DNA from: the human T2T-CHM13v2.0 reference genome, Homo sapiens
Strand: one strand, 5' to 3'
Length of the DNA: 64,000 nt
Assembly: GCF_009914755.1 (NCBI RefSeq)
Contig: NC_060933.1
A model generated the notes under the pieces. The model saw only the letters and a list, made by a program, of their open reading frames with translations, was not told where the DNA came from and did no database searches. The first letter of the stretch is position 1, and every line of letters starts with the position of its first letter. Of the stretch, positions 1 to 14,100 are shown in pieces. Made by a program: the position numbers and the translations under genes.

Positions 1-219
1 ATGGAATGGAATGGAATGCAATGGAATGGAATCAACCCGAGTGCAATGGAATGGAGAGGAATGGAATGGAATGGAATGGAAACTACCCGAATGGAATGGA
101 ATGTAATGGAGTGTAAGGGAATTGAATAGAATCAATCCGAATGTAATGGAATGGAATGGAAAGGAATGGAATGGAATGGAATGGAATGGAATGGAATGGA
201 ATGGAATGCAATGGAATGG

Positions 220-249
220 AATCAACCCGAGTGCAATCGAATGGAATCG
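220..249 (+). repeat. AATCAACCCGAGTGCAATCGAATGGAATCG word, typical of chr9q12-type SatIII (pHuR98-like); recurs through the window
   Basis: The 30-mer is seen directly here and recurs, e.g. near 3025, 5320, 10024, 11036, 18900 and 40486. The link to the chr9 pHuR98 clone and subfamily HSat3B5 is from memory and needs alignment to confirm. Confidence 0.55.
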
Positions 250-716
250 AATGGAATGGAATGCAATGGAATGGATTCAACTTGAGTGGAATGGAAAGAA
301 TGGAATCAACACGAGTGGAATGGTATGGATTGGAATGGAATGGAATGGAATCAACCCGAGTACAGGGGAATGGAATGGAATGGAATGCAATGGAATGGAA
401 TCATCCGTAATGGAATGGAAAGGAATGGAATGGAATGGAATGGAATGGAATGGAATGGAATGGAATGGAATGGAATCAACTCGATTGCAATCGAATGGAA
501 TGGAATGGAATTAACCCGAATAGAATGGAATGGAATGCAATGGAACGGAACGGAATGGAATGGAATGGAATGGAACGGAACGGAATGGAATGGAATGGAA
601 TGGAATGGAATCAACGCGAGTGCAGGGGAATGGAATGGAATGGAATGCAATGGAATGGAAACTTCCGGAATGGAATGGAATGGAATGGAATGGAATGGAA
701 TGGAATGGAATGGAAT

Positions 717-1605
717 CAACCCGACTGCAGGGGAATGGAATGGAATGGAATGGAATCATCCGGAACGGAATGGAATGTAATGGAATGGAATCAAATCGAT
801 TGCAATGGAATGGAATGGAATGGAATGGAATCGAATGGAATGGAGTGGAATTAACCGGAATAGAATGGAATGGAATGGAATGGAACGGAATGAAATGGAA
901 TGGAATGGAATGGAATGGAATGGAATCAACCCGAGTGCAGGGGAATGGAATGGAATGGAATGCAATGGAATGGAATCATCCGGAATGGAATGGAATTTAA
1001 TGGAATGCAATCAACCTGATGCAATTGAATGGAGTGGAATGGAATGGAATGGAATGGAAACATCCCGAATGGAATGGAATGTAATGGAGTGTAAGGGAAT
1101 TGAATAGAATCAATCCGAATGTAATGGAATGGAATGGAATGAAATGGAATGTAATGGAATAGAATGGAATCAACCCGAGTGCAATGGAATGGATTCGAAT
1201 GGAATGGAATGGAATGGAATGGATTCAACAAGAATGGAATGGAAAGGAATGGAATCAACCCGAGTGTAATGGCATGGAATGGAACGGAATGGAATGGGAT
1301 GGAATGGAATGGTATGGAATAGAATGGAATGGAATGAAATGGAATAGAATGGAATGGAATGGAATGGAATGGAATGAACCCGTGTGCAATGGAATGGAAT
1401 GGAATGGAATGGATTCAACTCGAATGGAATCAACTCGATTGCAATGGAATGGAATGGAATTGAAAGGAATAGAATGGAATCAACCCGAGTGGAATGGAAT
1501 GCAAAGGACTGGAATGGAGTGGAATGGAATGGAATGGAATTAACCCGAATAGAATGAAATGGAACGGAATGGAATGAAATGTAATGGAATGGAATGGAAT
1601 GGAAT
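717..1605 (+). repeat. Rare cassette F, copy 1 (~0.9 kb)
   Basis: Private words CATCCGGAACGG, CAACCTGATGC, AAACATCCCG, GGATTCGAATGG, GATTCAACAAG and GAACCCGTGTGC. Confidence 0.8.
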
Positions 1606-3465
1606 CAACCCGAGTGCAGGGGAATGGAATGGAATGGAATGCAATGGAATGGAATCATCCGGAATGGAATGGAATGGAATGAAATGGAATGGAATGGAAT
1701 CAACCCGACTGCAGGGGAATGGAATGGAATGGAATGCAATGGAATGGATTCAACTTGAATGGAATGGAAAGAATGGAATCAACACGAGTGGAATGGCATG
1801 GATTGGAATGGAATGGAATGGAATCAACCCGAGTACAGGGGAATGGAATGCAATGGAATGAAATGGAATGGAATCATCCGTAATGTAATGGAAAGGAATG
1901 GAATGGAATGGAATGGAATCAACTCTATTGCAATCGAATGGAATGGAATGGAATTAACCCGAATAGAATGGAATGGAATGGAATGGAATGGAACGGAACG
2001 GAACGGAACGGAATGGAATGGAATGGAATGGAATGGAATGGAATGCAATGGAATCAACTGACTGCAATGGAATGGAATGGAATGGATTGGAATGGAATGG
2101 AATGGAATGGAATGGAATTAACCCGAATAGAATGGAATGGAATTAAATGGAACGGAACGGAATGGAATGGAATGGAATGGAATGGAATGGAATGGAATGC
2201 AATGGAATGGAATCAACCCGACTGCAGGGGAATGGAATGGAATGGATTGCAATGGAATGGATTCAACTTGAATGGAATGGAAAGAATGGAATCAACACGA
2301 GTGGAATGGCATGGATTGGAATGGAATGGAATGGAATCAACCCGAGTACAGGGGAATGGAATGGAATGGAATGCAATGGAATGGAATCATCCGTAATGGA
2401 ATGGAAAGGAATGGAATGGAATGGAATGGAATGGAATGGAATGGAATCAACTCGATTGCAATCGAATGGAATGGAATGGAATTAACCCGAATAGAATGGA
2501 ATGGAATGGAATGGAACGGAACGGAATGGAATGGAATGGAATGGAATGGAACGGAAAGGAATGGAATGGAACGGAATGGAATGGAATGGAATGGAATGGA
2601 ATCAACGCGAGTGCAGGGGAATGGAATGGAATGGAATGCAATGGAATGGAATCTTCCAGAATGGAATGGAATGGAATGGAATGGAATCAACCCGAGTGCA
2701 ATGGAATGGAGTGGAATGGAATGGAATGGAATGGAACAACCCGAATGGAATGGAATGTAAAGGAGGGTAAAGGAGTTGAATAGAATCATTCCGAATGTAA
2801 TGGAATGGAATGGAACGGAATGGAATTGGACAGAATGGAATGGAATGCAATGGAATGGAATCAACCCGAGTGCAATGGAATGGAGACGAATGGAATGGAA
2901 TGGAATGCAAAGTACCCGAATGGAATGGAATGTAATGGAGTGTAAGGGAATTGAATAGAATCAATCCGAATGTAATGGAATGGAATGGAACGGAATGGAA
3001 TGGAATGGAATGGAATGGAATGCAATCAACCCGAGTGCAATCGAATGGAATCGAATGGAATGCAATGCAATGGAATGGATTCAACTTGAATGGAATGGAA
3101 AGAATGCAATCAACACGAGTGGAATGGCATGGATTGGAATGGAATGGAATGGAATCAACCCGAGTACAGGGGAATGGAATGGAATGGAATGCAATGGAAT
3201 GGAATCATCCGTAATGGAATGGAAAGGAATGGAATGGAATGGAATGGAATGGAATGGAATGGAATCAACTCGATTGCAATCGAATGGAAAGGAATGGAAT
3301 TAACCCGAATAGAATGGAATGGAATGGAATGGAACGGAATGGAACGGAATGGAATGGAATGGAATGGAATGGAATGGAATGGAAAGGAATGGAATGGAAT
3401 GGAATGGAATGGAATGGATTCAACGCGAGTGCAGGGGAATGGAATGGAATGGAATGCAATGGAAT

Positions 3466-3480
3466 GGAATCTTCCGGAAT
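3466..3480. promoter_or_regulatory. Perfect 3-unit heat-shock element (nGAAnnTTCnnGAAn); representative of ~35-40 copies
   Basis: The sequence gGAAtcTTCcgGAAt matches the canonical HSF consensus exactly. This is a motif match only; occupancy cannot be seen from sequence. Confidence 0.55.
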
Positions 3481-6400
3481 GGAATGGAATGGAATGGAAT
3501 GGAATGGAATGGAATAAACCCGAGTGCAATGGAATGGAGTGGAATGGAATGGAATGGAATGGAACAACCCGAATGGAATGGAATGTAATGGAGAGTAAGG
3601 GAGTTGAATAGAATCAATCCGAATGTAATGGAATGGAATGCAACGGAATGGAATGGAATGGAATGGAATGGAATGCAATGGAATGGAATCAACCCGAGTA
3701 CAATGGAATGGAATGGAATGGAATGGAATGGAAAGGAATGGAGTGGAATGGAATGGAATCGTTCCGAGTGGAATAGGAGGGAATGTATTCGAGTGGAATG
3801 GAAAGGAATGGAATCAACCAGAGTGGAATGGAAGGGAATGGAATGGAATGGAAACTAATAGAATGGAATGAACCCGAGTGGCATGGAATGGAAAGGACTG
3901 GAATGGAATGGAATGGAATGGAATCAACTCGTTTGTAATGGAATGGAATGGAATGGAATGGAATGGAATTAACCCGAATACAATGGAAGGGAATGGAATG
4001 GAATGGAAACTAATAGAATGGAATCAACCCGAGTGGAATGGAATGGAAAGGACTGGAATGGAATGGAATGCAATGGAATCAACTCGATTGTAATGGAATG
4101 GAATGGAATGGAATGGAATTAACCCGAATACAATGGAATGGAATGGAATGGAATGGAATGGAATGGAGTGGAATGGAATGGAATCAACCCGACTGCAGGG
4201 GAATGGAATGGAATGGAATGCAATGGAATGGAATCATCCGGAATGGAATCGAATGGAATGGAATGCAAAGCAATGGAATCAACTCGATTGCAATGGAATG
4301 GAATGGAATGGAAAGGAATACATTGGAATCAACCCGAGTGGAATGGAATGGAAAGGACTGGAATGGAGTGGAATGGAATGGAATGCAATGGAATGGAATG
4401 GAATGGAATCAACTTGATTGGAATGGAATGGAATGGAATGGAATGGAATGGAATGGAATGGAATGGAATCAACCCGACTGCAGGGGAATGGAATGGAATG
4501 GAATGCAATGGAATGGATTCAACTTGAATGGAATGGAAAGAATGGAATCAACACGAGTGGAATGGCATGGATTGGAATGGAATGGAATGGAATCAACCCG
4601 AGTACAGGGGAATGGAATGGAATGGAATGCAATGGAATGGAATCATCCGTATTGGAATGGAAAGGAATGGAATGGAATGGAATGGAATGGAATAGAATGG
4701 AATGGAATGGAATGGAATGGAATCAACTCGATTGCAATCGAATGGAATGGAATGGAATTAACCCGAATAGAATGGAATGGAATGGAATGGAACGGAACGG
4801 AATGGAATGGAATGGAATGGAATGGAACGGAACGGAACGGAATGGAATGGAATGGAATGGAATGGAATCAACGCGAGTGCAAGGGAATGGAATGGAATGG
4901 AATGCAATGGAATGGAATCTTCCGGAATGGAATGGAATTGAATGGAATGGAAAGGAATGGTATGGAATAAACCCGAGTGCAATGGAATGGAGTGGAATGG
5001 AATGGAATGGAATGGAACAACCCGAATGGAATGGAATGTAATGGAGACTAAGGGAGTTGAATAGAATCAATCCGAATGTAATGGAATGGAATGGAACGGA
5101 ATGGAATTGAATGGAATGGAATGGAATGCAATGGAATGGAATCAACCCGAGTGCAATGGAATGGAGAGGAATGGAATGGAATGGAATGGAAACTACCTGA
5201 ATGGAATGGAATGTAATGGAGTATAAGGGAATTGAATAGAATCAATCCGAATGTAATGGAATGGAATGGAACGGAATGGAATGGAATGGAATGGAATGGA
5301 ATGGAATGCAATGGAATGGAATCAACCCGAGTGCAATCGAATGGAATCGAATGGAATGGAATGCAATGGAATGGATTCAACTTGAATGGAATGGAAAGAA
5401 TGGAATCAACACGAGTGGAATGGCATGGATTGGAATGGAATGGAATGGAATCAACCCGAGTACAGGAGAATGGAATGGAATGGAATGCAATGGAATGGAA
5501 TCATCCATAATGGAATGGAAAGGAATGCAATGGAATGGAATGGAATGGAATGGAATGGAATCAACTCGATTGCAATCGAATGGAATGGAATGGAAGTAAC
5601 CCGAATAGAATGGAATGGAATGGAATGGAACGGAACGGAATGGAATGGAATGGAATGGAACGGAACGGAATGGAATGGAATGGAATGGAATGGAATCAAC
5701 GCGAGTGCAGGGGAATGGAATGGAATGGAATGCAATGGAATGGAAACTTTCGGAATGGAATGGAATGGAATGGAATGGAATCAAATGCAATGGATTCAAC
5801 TCGATTGCAATGGAATGGAATAGAATGGAATGGAATGGAATGGAATGGAATTAATCCGAATAGAATGGAATGGAATGGAATGGAACGGAATGGAACGGAA
5901 TGGAATGGAATGGAATGGAATGGAATGGTATGGAATGGAATGGAATGGTACGGAATAGAATGGAATGGAACGAATTGTAATGGAATGGAATTGAATTGAA
6001 TGGAATGGAATGGAATGGAATGGAATCAACGCGAGTGCAGGGGAATGTAATGGAACGGAATGCAATGGAATGGAATCATCCGGAATGGAATGGAATGGAA
6101 TGGAATGGAATCAACACGAGTGCAATGGAATGGAGTGGAATGGAATGGAATGGAATGGAACAACCCGAATGGAATGGAATGTAATGGAGAGTAAGGGAGT
6201 TGAATAGAATCAATCCGAATGTAATGGAATGGAATGCAACGGAATGGAATGGAATGGAATGGAATGGAATGCAATGGAATGGAATCAACCCGAGTACAAT
6301 GGAATGGAATGGAATGGAATGGAATGGAATGGAATGGAATGGAATGCAATGGAATGGAATCAACCCGAGTACAATGGAATGGAATGGAATGGAATGGAAT

Positions 6401-7285
6401 GGAATGGAATGGAATGGAATGATACGGAATAGAATGGAATGGAACGAAATGGAATGGAATGGAATGGAATGGAATGGAATGGAATGGAATGGAATGGAAT
6501 CGTTCCGAGTGGAATAGGAGGGAATGTATTCGAGTGGAATGGAAAGGAATGGAATCAACCAGAGTGGAATGGAAGGGAATGGAATGGAATGGAAACTAAT
6601 AGAATGGAATCAACCCGAGTGGAATAGAATGGAAAGGACTGGAATGGAATGGAATGGAATGGAATCAACTCGTTTGTAATGGAATGGAATGGAAAGGAAT
6701 GGAATGGAATGGAATGGAATTAACCCGAATACAATGGAAGGGAATGGAATGGAATGGAAACTAATAGAATGGAATCAACCCGAGTGGAATGGAATGGAAA
6801 GGGCTGGAATGGAATGGAATGGAATGGAATCAACGCGATTGTAATGGAATGGAATGGAATGCAATGGAATGGAATGGAATGGAATTAACCCGAATACAAT
6901 GGAATGGAATGGAATGGAATGGAATGGAGTGGGATGGAATGGAATCAACCCGAGTGCAGGGGAATGGAATGGAATGGAATGCAATGGAATGGAATCATCC
7001 GGAATGGAATGGAATGGAATGGAATGCAAAGCAATGGAATCAACTCGATTGCAATGGAATGGAATGGAATGGAAAGGAATAGAATGGAATCAACCCGAGT
7101 GTAATGGAATGGAAAGGACTGGAATGGAGTGGAATGGAATAGAATGGAATGGAATGGAATCAACTCGATTGTAATGGAATGGAATGGAATGGAATGGAAT
7201 GGAATTAACCCGAATAGAATGGAATGGAATGGAATGGAACGGAATAGAATGGAATGGAATGGAATGGAATGGAATGGAATGGAAT

Positions 7286-8199
7286 CAACCCGACTGCAGG
7301 GGAATGGAATTGAATGGAATGGAATGGAATGGAATGGAATCATCCGGAACGGAATGGAATGGAATGGAATGGAATCAAATCGATTGCAATGGAATGGAAT
7401 GGAATGGAATGGAATCGAATGGAATGGAGTGGAATTAACCAGAATAGAATGGAATGGAATGGAATGGAACGGAATGAAATGGAATGGAATGGAATGGAAT
7501 GGAATGGAATCAACCCGAGTGCAGGGGAATGGAATGGAATGGAATGCAATGGAATGGAATCATCCGGAATGGAATGGAATGGAATGGAATGCAATCAACC
7601 TGATGCAATGGAATGGAGTGGAATGGAATGGAATGGAATGGAAACATCCCGAATGGAATGGAATGTAATGGAGTGTAAGGGAATTGAATAGAATCAATCC
7701 GAATGTAATGGAATGGAATGGAATGAAATGGAATGGAATGGAATGGAATGGAATCAACCCGAGTGCAATGGAATGGATTCGAATGGAATGGAATGGAATG
7801 GAATGGATTCAACAAGAATGGAATGGAAAGGAATGGAATCAACCCGAGTGTAATGGCATGGAATGGAACGGAATGGAATGGGATGGAATGGAATGGTATG
7901 GAATAGAACGGAATGGAATGAAATGGAATAGAATGGAATGGAATGGAATGGAATGGAATGGAATGAACCCGTGTGCAATGGAATGGAATGGAATGGAATG
8001 GAATGGATTCAACTCGAATGGAATCAACTCGATTGCAATGGAATGGAATGGAATTGAAAGGAATAGAATGGAATCAACCCGAGTGGAATGGAATGGAAAG
8101 GACTGGAATGGAGTGGAATGGAATGGAATGGAATTAACCCGAATAGAATGAAATGGAACGGAATGGAATGGAATGTAATGGAATGGAATGGAATGGAAT
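7286..8199 (+). repeat. Rare cassette F, copy 2
   Basis: Same private words in the same order as 717-1605 (CAACCTGATGC at ~7596, GATTCAACAAG at ~7806). Confidence 0.8.
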
Positions 8200-11100
8200 C
8201 AACCCGAGTGCAGGGGAATGGAATGGAATGGAATGCAATGGAATGGAATCATCCGGAATGGAATGGAATGGAATGGAATGGAATGGAATGGAATCAACTC
8301 GATTTCAATGGAAATGGAATGGAATAGAATGGAATGGAATTAACACGAATAGAATGGAATGGAATGGAATTGAATGGAACAGAAAGGAATGGAATGGAAT
8401 GGAATGGAATCAACCCAAGTGCAGGGGAATGGAATGGAATGGAATTCAATGGAATGGAATCATCCGGAATGGAATGGAATGGAATGGAATGGAATGGAAT
8501 GGAATGGAATCAACCTGAGTGCAATGGAATGGAGAGGAATGGAATGGAATGGAATGGAATGGAAACTACACGAATCGAATGGAATGTAATGGAGTGTAAG
8601 GGAATTGAATAGAATGAATCCGAATGGAATGGAATGGAAAGGAATGGAATGGAATGGAATGGAATGCAATGCCATGGAATCAACCCGAGTGCAATCGAAT
8701 GGAATCGAATGGAATGGAATGCAATGGAATGGATTCAACTTGAATGGAATGGAAAGAATGGAATCAACACGAGTGGAATGGCATGGATTGGAATGGAATG
8801 GAATGGAATCAACCCGAGTACAGGGGAATGGAATGGAATGGAATGAAATGGAATGGAATCATCCGTAATGTAATGGAAAGGAATGGAATGGAATGGAATG
8901 GAATGGAATCAACTCTCTTGCAATCGAATGGAATGGAATGGAATTAACCCGAATAGAATGGAATGGAATGGAATGGAATGGAATGGAACGGAACGGAACG
9001 GAACGGAATGGAATGAAATGGAATGGAATGGAATGGAATGGAATGCAATGGAATCAACTGATTGCAATGGAATGGAATGGAATGGAATGGAATGGAATGG
9101 AATGGAATTAACCCGAATAGAATGGAATGGAATTAAATGGAACGGAACGGAATGGAATGGAATGGAATGGAATGGAATGGAATGGAATGGAATCAACCCG
9201 ACTGCAGGGGAATGGAATGGAATGGATTGCAATGGAATGGATTCAACTTGAATGGAATGGAAAGAATGGAATCAACACGAGTGGAATGGCATGGATTGGA
9301 ATGGAATGGAATGGAATCAACCCGAGTACAGGGGAATGGAATGGAATGGAATGCAATGGAATGGAATCATCCGTAATGGAATGGAAAGGAATGGAATGGA
9401 ATGGAATGGAATGGAATGGAATGGAATGGAATCCACTCGATTGAAATCGAATGGAATGGAATGGAATTAACCCAAATAGAATGGAATGGAATGGAATGGA
9501 ACGGAACGGAACGGAATGGAATGGAATGCAATGGAATGGAATGGAACGGAAAGGAATGGAATGGAACGGAATGGAATGGAATGGAATGGAATGGAATCAA
9601 CGCGAGTGCAGGGGAATGGAATGGAATGGAATGCAATGGAATGGAATCTTCCGGAATGGAATGGAATGGAATGGAATGGAATCAACCCGAGTGCAATGGA
9701 ATGGAGTGGAAAGGAATGGAATGGAATGGAACAACCCGAATGGAATGGAATGTAATGGAGAGTAAAGGAGTTGAATAGAATCATTCCGAATGTAATGGAA
9801 TGGAATGGAACGGAATGGAATTGAATGGAATGGAATGGAATGCAATGGAATGGAATCAACCCGAGTGCAATGGAATGGAGAGGAATGGAATGGAATGGAA
9901 ACTACCCGAATGGAATGGAATGTAATGGAGTGTAAGGGAATTGAATAGAATCAATCCGAATGTAATGGAATGGAATGGAACGGAATGGAATGGAATGGAA
10001 TGGAATGGAATGGAATGGAATGGAATCAACCCGAGTGCAATCGAATGGAATCGAATGGAATGCAATGCAATGGAATGGATTCAACTTGAATGGAATGGAA
10101 AGAATGGAATCAACACGAGTGGAATGGCATGGATTGGAATGGAATGGAATGGAATCAACCCGAGTACAGGGGAATGGAATGGAATGGAATGCAATGGAAT
10201 GGAATCATCCGTAATGGAATGGAAAGGAATGGAATGGAATGGAATCAACTCGATTGCAATCGAATGGAATGGAATGGAATTAACCCAAATAGAATGGAAT
10301 GGAATGGAATGGAACGGAACGGAATGGAATGGAATGGAATGGAATGGAATGGAATGGAACGGAACGGAACGGAACGGAATGGAATGGAATGGAATGGAAT
10401 GGAAAGGAATCAACGCGAGTGCAGGGGAATGGAATGGAATGGAATGCAATGGAATGGAATCTTCCGGAATGGAATGGAATGGAATGGAATGGAATGGAAT
10501 CAACCCGAGTGCAATGGAATGGAGTGGAATGGAATGGAATGGAATGGAACAACCCGAATTGAATGGAATGTATTGGAGAGTAAGGGAGTTGAATAGAATC
10601 AATCCGAATGTAATGGAATGGAATAGAACGGAATGGAATTGAATGGAATGGAATGGAATGCATGGAATGGAATCAACCCGAGTTCAACGGAATGGAGAGG
10701 AATGGAATGGAATGGAATGGAAACTACCCGAATGGAATGGAATGGAATGGAGTGTAAGGGAATTGAATAGAATCAATCCGAATGTAATGGAATGGAATGG
10801 AACGGAATGGAATGGAATGGAATGGAATGGAATGGAATGGAATGCAATGGAATGGAATCAACCCGTGTGCAATGGAATGGAGAGGAATGGAATGGAATGG
10901 AATGGAAACTACCCGAATGGAATGGAATGTAATGGAGTGTAAGGAAATTGAATAGAATCAATCCGAATGTAATGGAATGGAATGGAAAGGAATGGAATGG
11001 AATGGAATGGAATGGAATGGAATGCAATGGAATGGAATCAACCCGAGTGCAATCGAATGGAATCGAATGGAATGGAATGCAATGGAATAGATTCAACTTG

Positions 11101-14100
11101 AATGGAATGGAAAGAATGGAATCAACACGAGTGGAAGGGCATGGATTGGAATGGAATGGAATGGAATCAACCCGAGTACAGGGGAATGGAATGGAATGGA
11201 ATGCAATGGAATGGAATCATCCGTAATGGAATGGAAAGGAATGGAATGGAATGGAATGGAATCAACACGATTGCAATCGAATGGAATGGAATGGAATTAA
11301 CCCGAATAGAATGGAATGGAATGGAATGGAACGGAACGGAATGGAATGGAATGGAATGGAATGGAATGGAATGGAACGGAACGGAATGGAATGGAATGGA
11401 ATGGAATGGAATGGAATGGAATGGAATGGAATCAACGCGAGTGCAGGGGAATGGAATGGAATGGAATGCAATGCAATGGAATCTTCCGGAATGGAATGGA
11501 ATGGAATGGAATGGAATGGAATGAAATGCAATGGATTCAACTCGATTGCAATGGAATGGAATAGAATGGAATGGAATGGAATGGAATGGAATTAACCCGA
11601 ATAGAATGGAATGGAATGGAATGGAACGGAATGGAATGGAATGGAATGGAATGGAATGGAATGGAATGGTATCGAATGGAATGGAATGGTACGGAATAGA
11701 ATGGAATGGAACGAATTGTAATGGAATGGAATTGAATGGAATGGAATGGAATGGAATGGAATCAACGCGAGTGCAGGGGAATGTAATGGAACGGAATGCA
11801 ATGGAATGGAATCATCCGGAATGGAATGGAATGGAATGGAATCAACCCGAGTGCAATAGAATGGAATGGAATGGAATGGAATGGAATGGAACAACCCGAA
11901 TGGAATGGAATGGAATGGAGAGTAAGGGAGTTGAATAGAATCAATCCGAATGTAATGGAATGGAATGCAACAGAATGGAATGGAATGGAATGGAATGGAA
12001 TGGAATGGAATGCAATGGAATGGAATCAACCAGAGTACAAGGGAATGGAATGGAATGGAATGGAATGGAATGGAATGGAATGGAATGGAATTGAATGGAA
12101 TGGAATGCCTTCAAACCGAATGGAATGGAAAGCAATGGAATCAACACGAGTGGAATGGAATGGAATGGAAAGGAATGGAATGGAATGGAATGGTACGGAA
12201 TATAATGGAATGGAACGAAATGGAATGGAATGCAATGGAATGGAATGGAATGGAATGGAATGGAATGGAATGGAATGGAATGGAATCGTTCCGAGTGGAA
12301 CAGGAGGGAATGTATTCGAGTGGAATGGAAAGGAATGGAATCAACCAGAGTGGAATGGAAGGGAATGGAATGGAATGGAAACTAATAGAATGGAATCAAC
12401 CCGAGTGGAATGGAATGGAAAGGACTGGAATGGAATGGAATGGAATGGAATGGAATCAACTCAATTGTAATGGAATGGAATGGAATGGAATGGAATGGAA
12501 TGGAATGGAATGGAATGGAATTAACCCGAATACAATGGAATGGAATGGAATGGAACAGAATGGAGTGGAATGGAATGGAATCAACCCGAGTGCAGGGGAA
12601 TGGAAGGGAATGGAATGCAATGGAATGGAATCATCCGGAATGGAATGGAATGGAATGGAATGCAAAGCAATGGAATCAACTCGATTGCAATGGAATGGAA
12701 TGGAATGGAAAGGAATACATTGGAATCAACCCGAGTGGAATGGAATGGAAAGGACTGGAATGGAGTGGAATGGAATGGAATGGAATGGAAAGGAATCAAC
12801 TCGATTGGAATGGAATGGAATGGAATGGAATGGAATGGAATGGAATTAACCCAAATAGAATGGAATGGAATGGAATGGAACGGAACGGAACGGAACGGAA
12901 CAGAACGGAACGGAACGGAATGGAATGGAATGGAATGGAATGGAATGGAATCAACCCGACTGCAGGGGAATGGAATGGAATGGAATGCAATGGAATGGAT
13001 TCAACCTGAATGGAATGGAAAGAATGGAATCAACACGAGTGGAATGGCATGGATTGGAATGGAATGGAATGGAATCAACCCGAGTACAGGGGAATGGAAT
13101 GGAATGGAGTGCAATGGAATGGAATCATCCGTAATGGAATGGAAAGGAATGGAATGGAATGGAATGGAATGGAATGGAATGGAATGGAATCAACTCGATT
13201 GCAATCGAATGGAATGGAATGGAATTAACCCGAATAGAATGGAATGGAATGGAATGGAATGGAATGGAATGGAACGGAACGGAATGGAATGGAATGGAAT
13301 GGAATGGAACGGAAAGGAATGGAATGGAATGGAATGGAATGGAATGGAATGGAATGGAATGGAATGGAATGGAATCAACGCGAGTGCAGGGGAATGGAAT
13401 GGAATGGAATGCAATGGAATGGAATCTTCCGGAATGGAATGGAATGGAATGGAATGGAATCAACCCGAGTGCAATGGAATGGAATGGAATGGAATGGAAT
13501 TAACCGGAATAGAATGGAATGGAATGGAATGGAACGGAATGGAATGGAATGGAAGGGAATGGAATCAACACGAGTGCAGGGGAATGGAATGGAATGGAAT
13601 GCAATGGAATGGAATCATCCGGAATGGAATGGAATGGAATGGAATCAACTCCATTGCAATGGAATGGAATGGAATAGAATGGAATGGAATTAACCCGAAT
13701 AGAATGGAATGCAATAGAATGGAATGCAACGGAACCGAATGGAGTGGAATGGAATGCAATGGAATGGAATGGAATGGAATGGAAGGGAATCAACTCGATG
13801 GCAATCAAATGGAATGGAATGGAATTAACCCGAATAGAATGGAATGGAATGGAATGGAACGGAACGGAATGGAATGGAATGGAATCGAATGGAATGGAAC
13901 GGAACGGAATGGAATGGAATGGAATGGAAAGGAATGGAATCAACGCGAGTGCAGGGGAATGGAATGTAATGGAATGCAATGGAATGGAATCTTCCGGAAT
14001 GGAATGGAATGGAATGGAATGCAATGGATTCAACTCGATTGCAACGGAATGGAATAGAATGGAATGGAATGGAATGGAATGGAATTAACCCGAATAGAAT

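Noticed and set aside
360-372. CAGGGG and AGGAGGG words as G-quadruplex or Shine-Dalgarno-like signals
   Set aside because: G-runs of three or more are isolated and far apart. AGGAGG has no meaning in eukaryotic satellite DNA and precedes no real CDS.
510-525. TTAACCCGAATAGA as a possible DUX4 site
   Set aside because: It does not match TAAYYYAATCA (wrong spacing and 3' end). DUX4 binding is associated mainly with HSat2.
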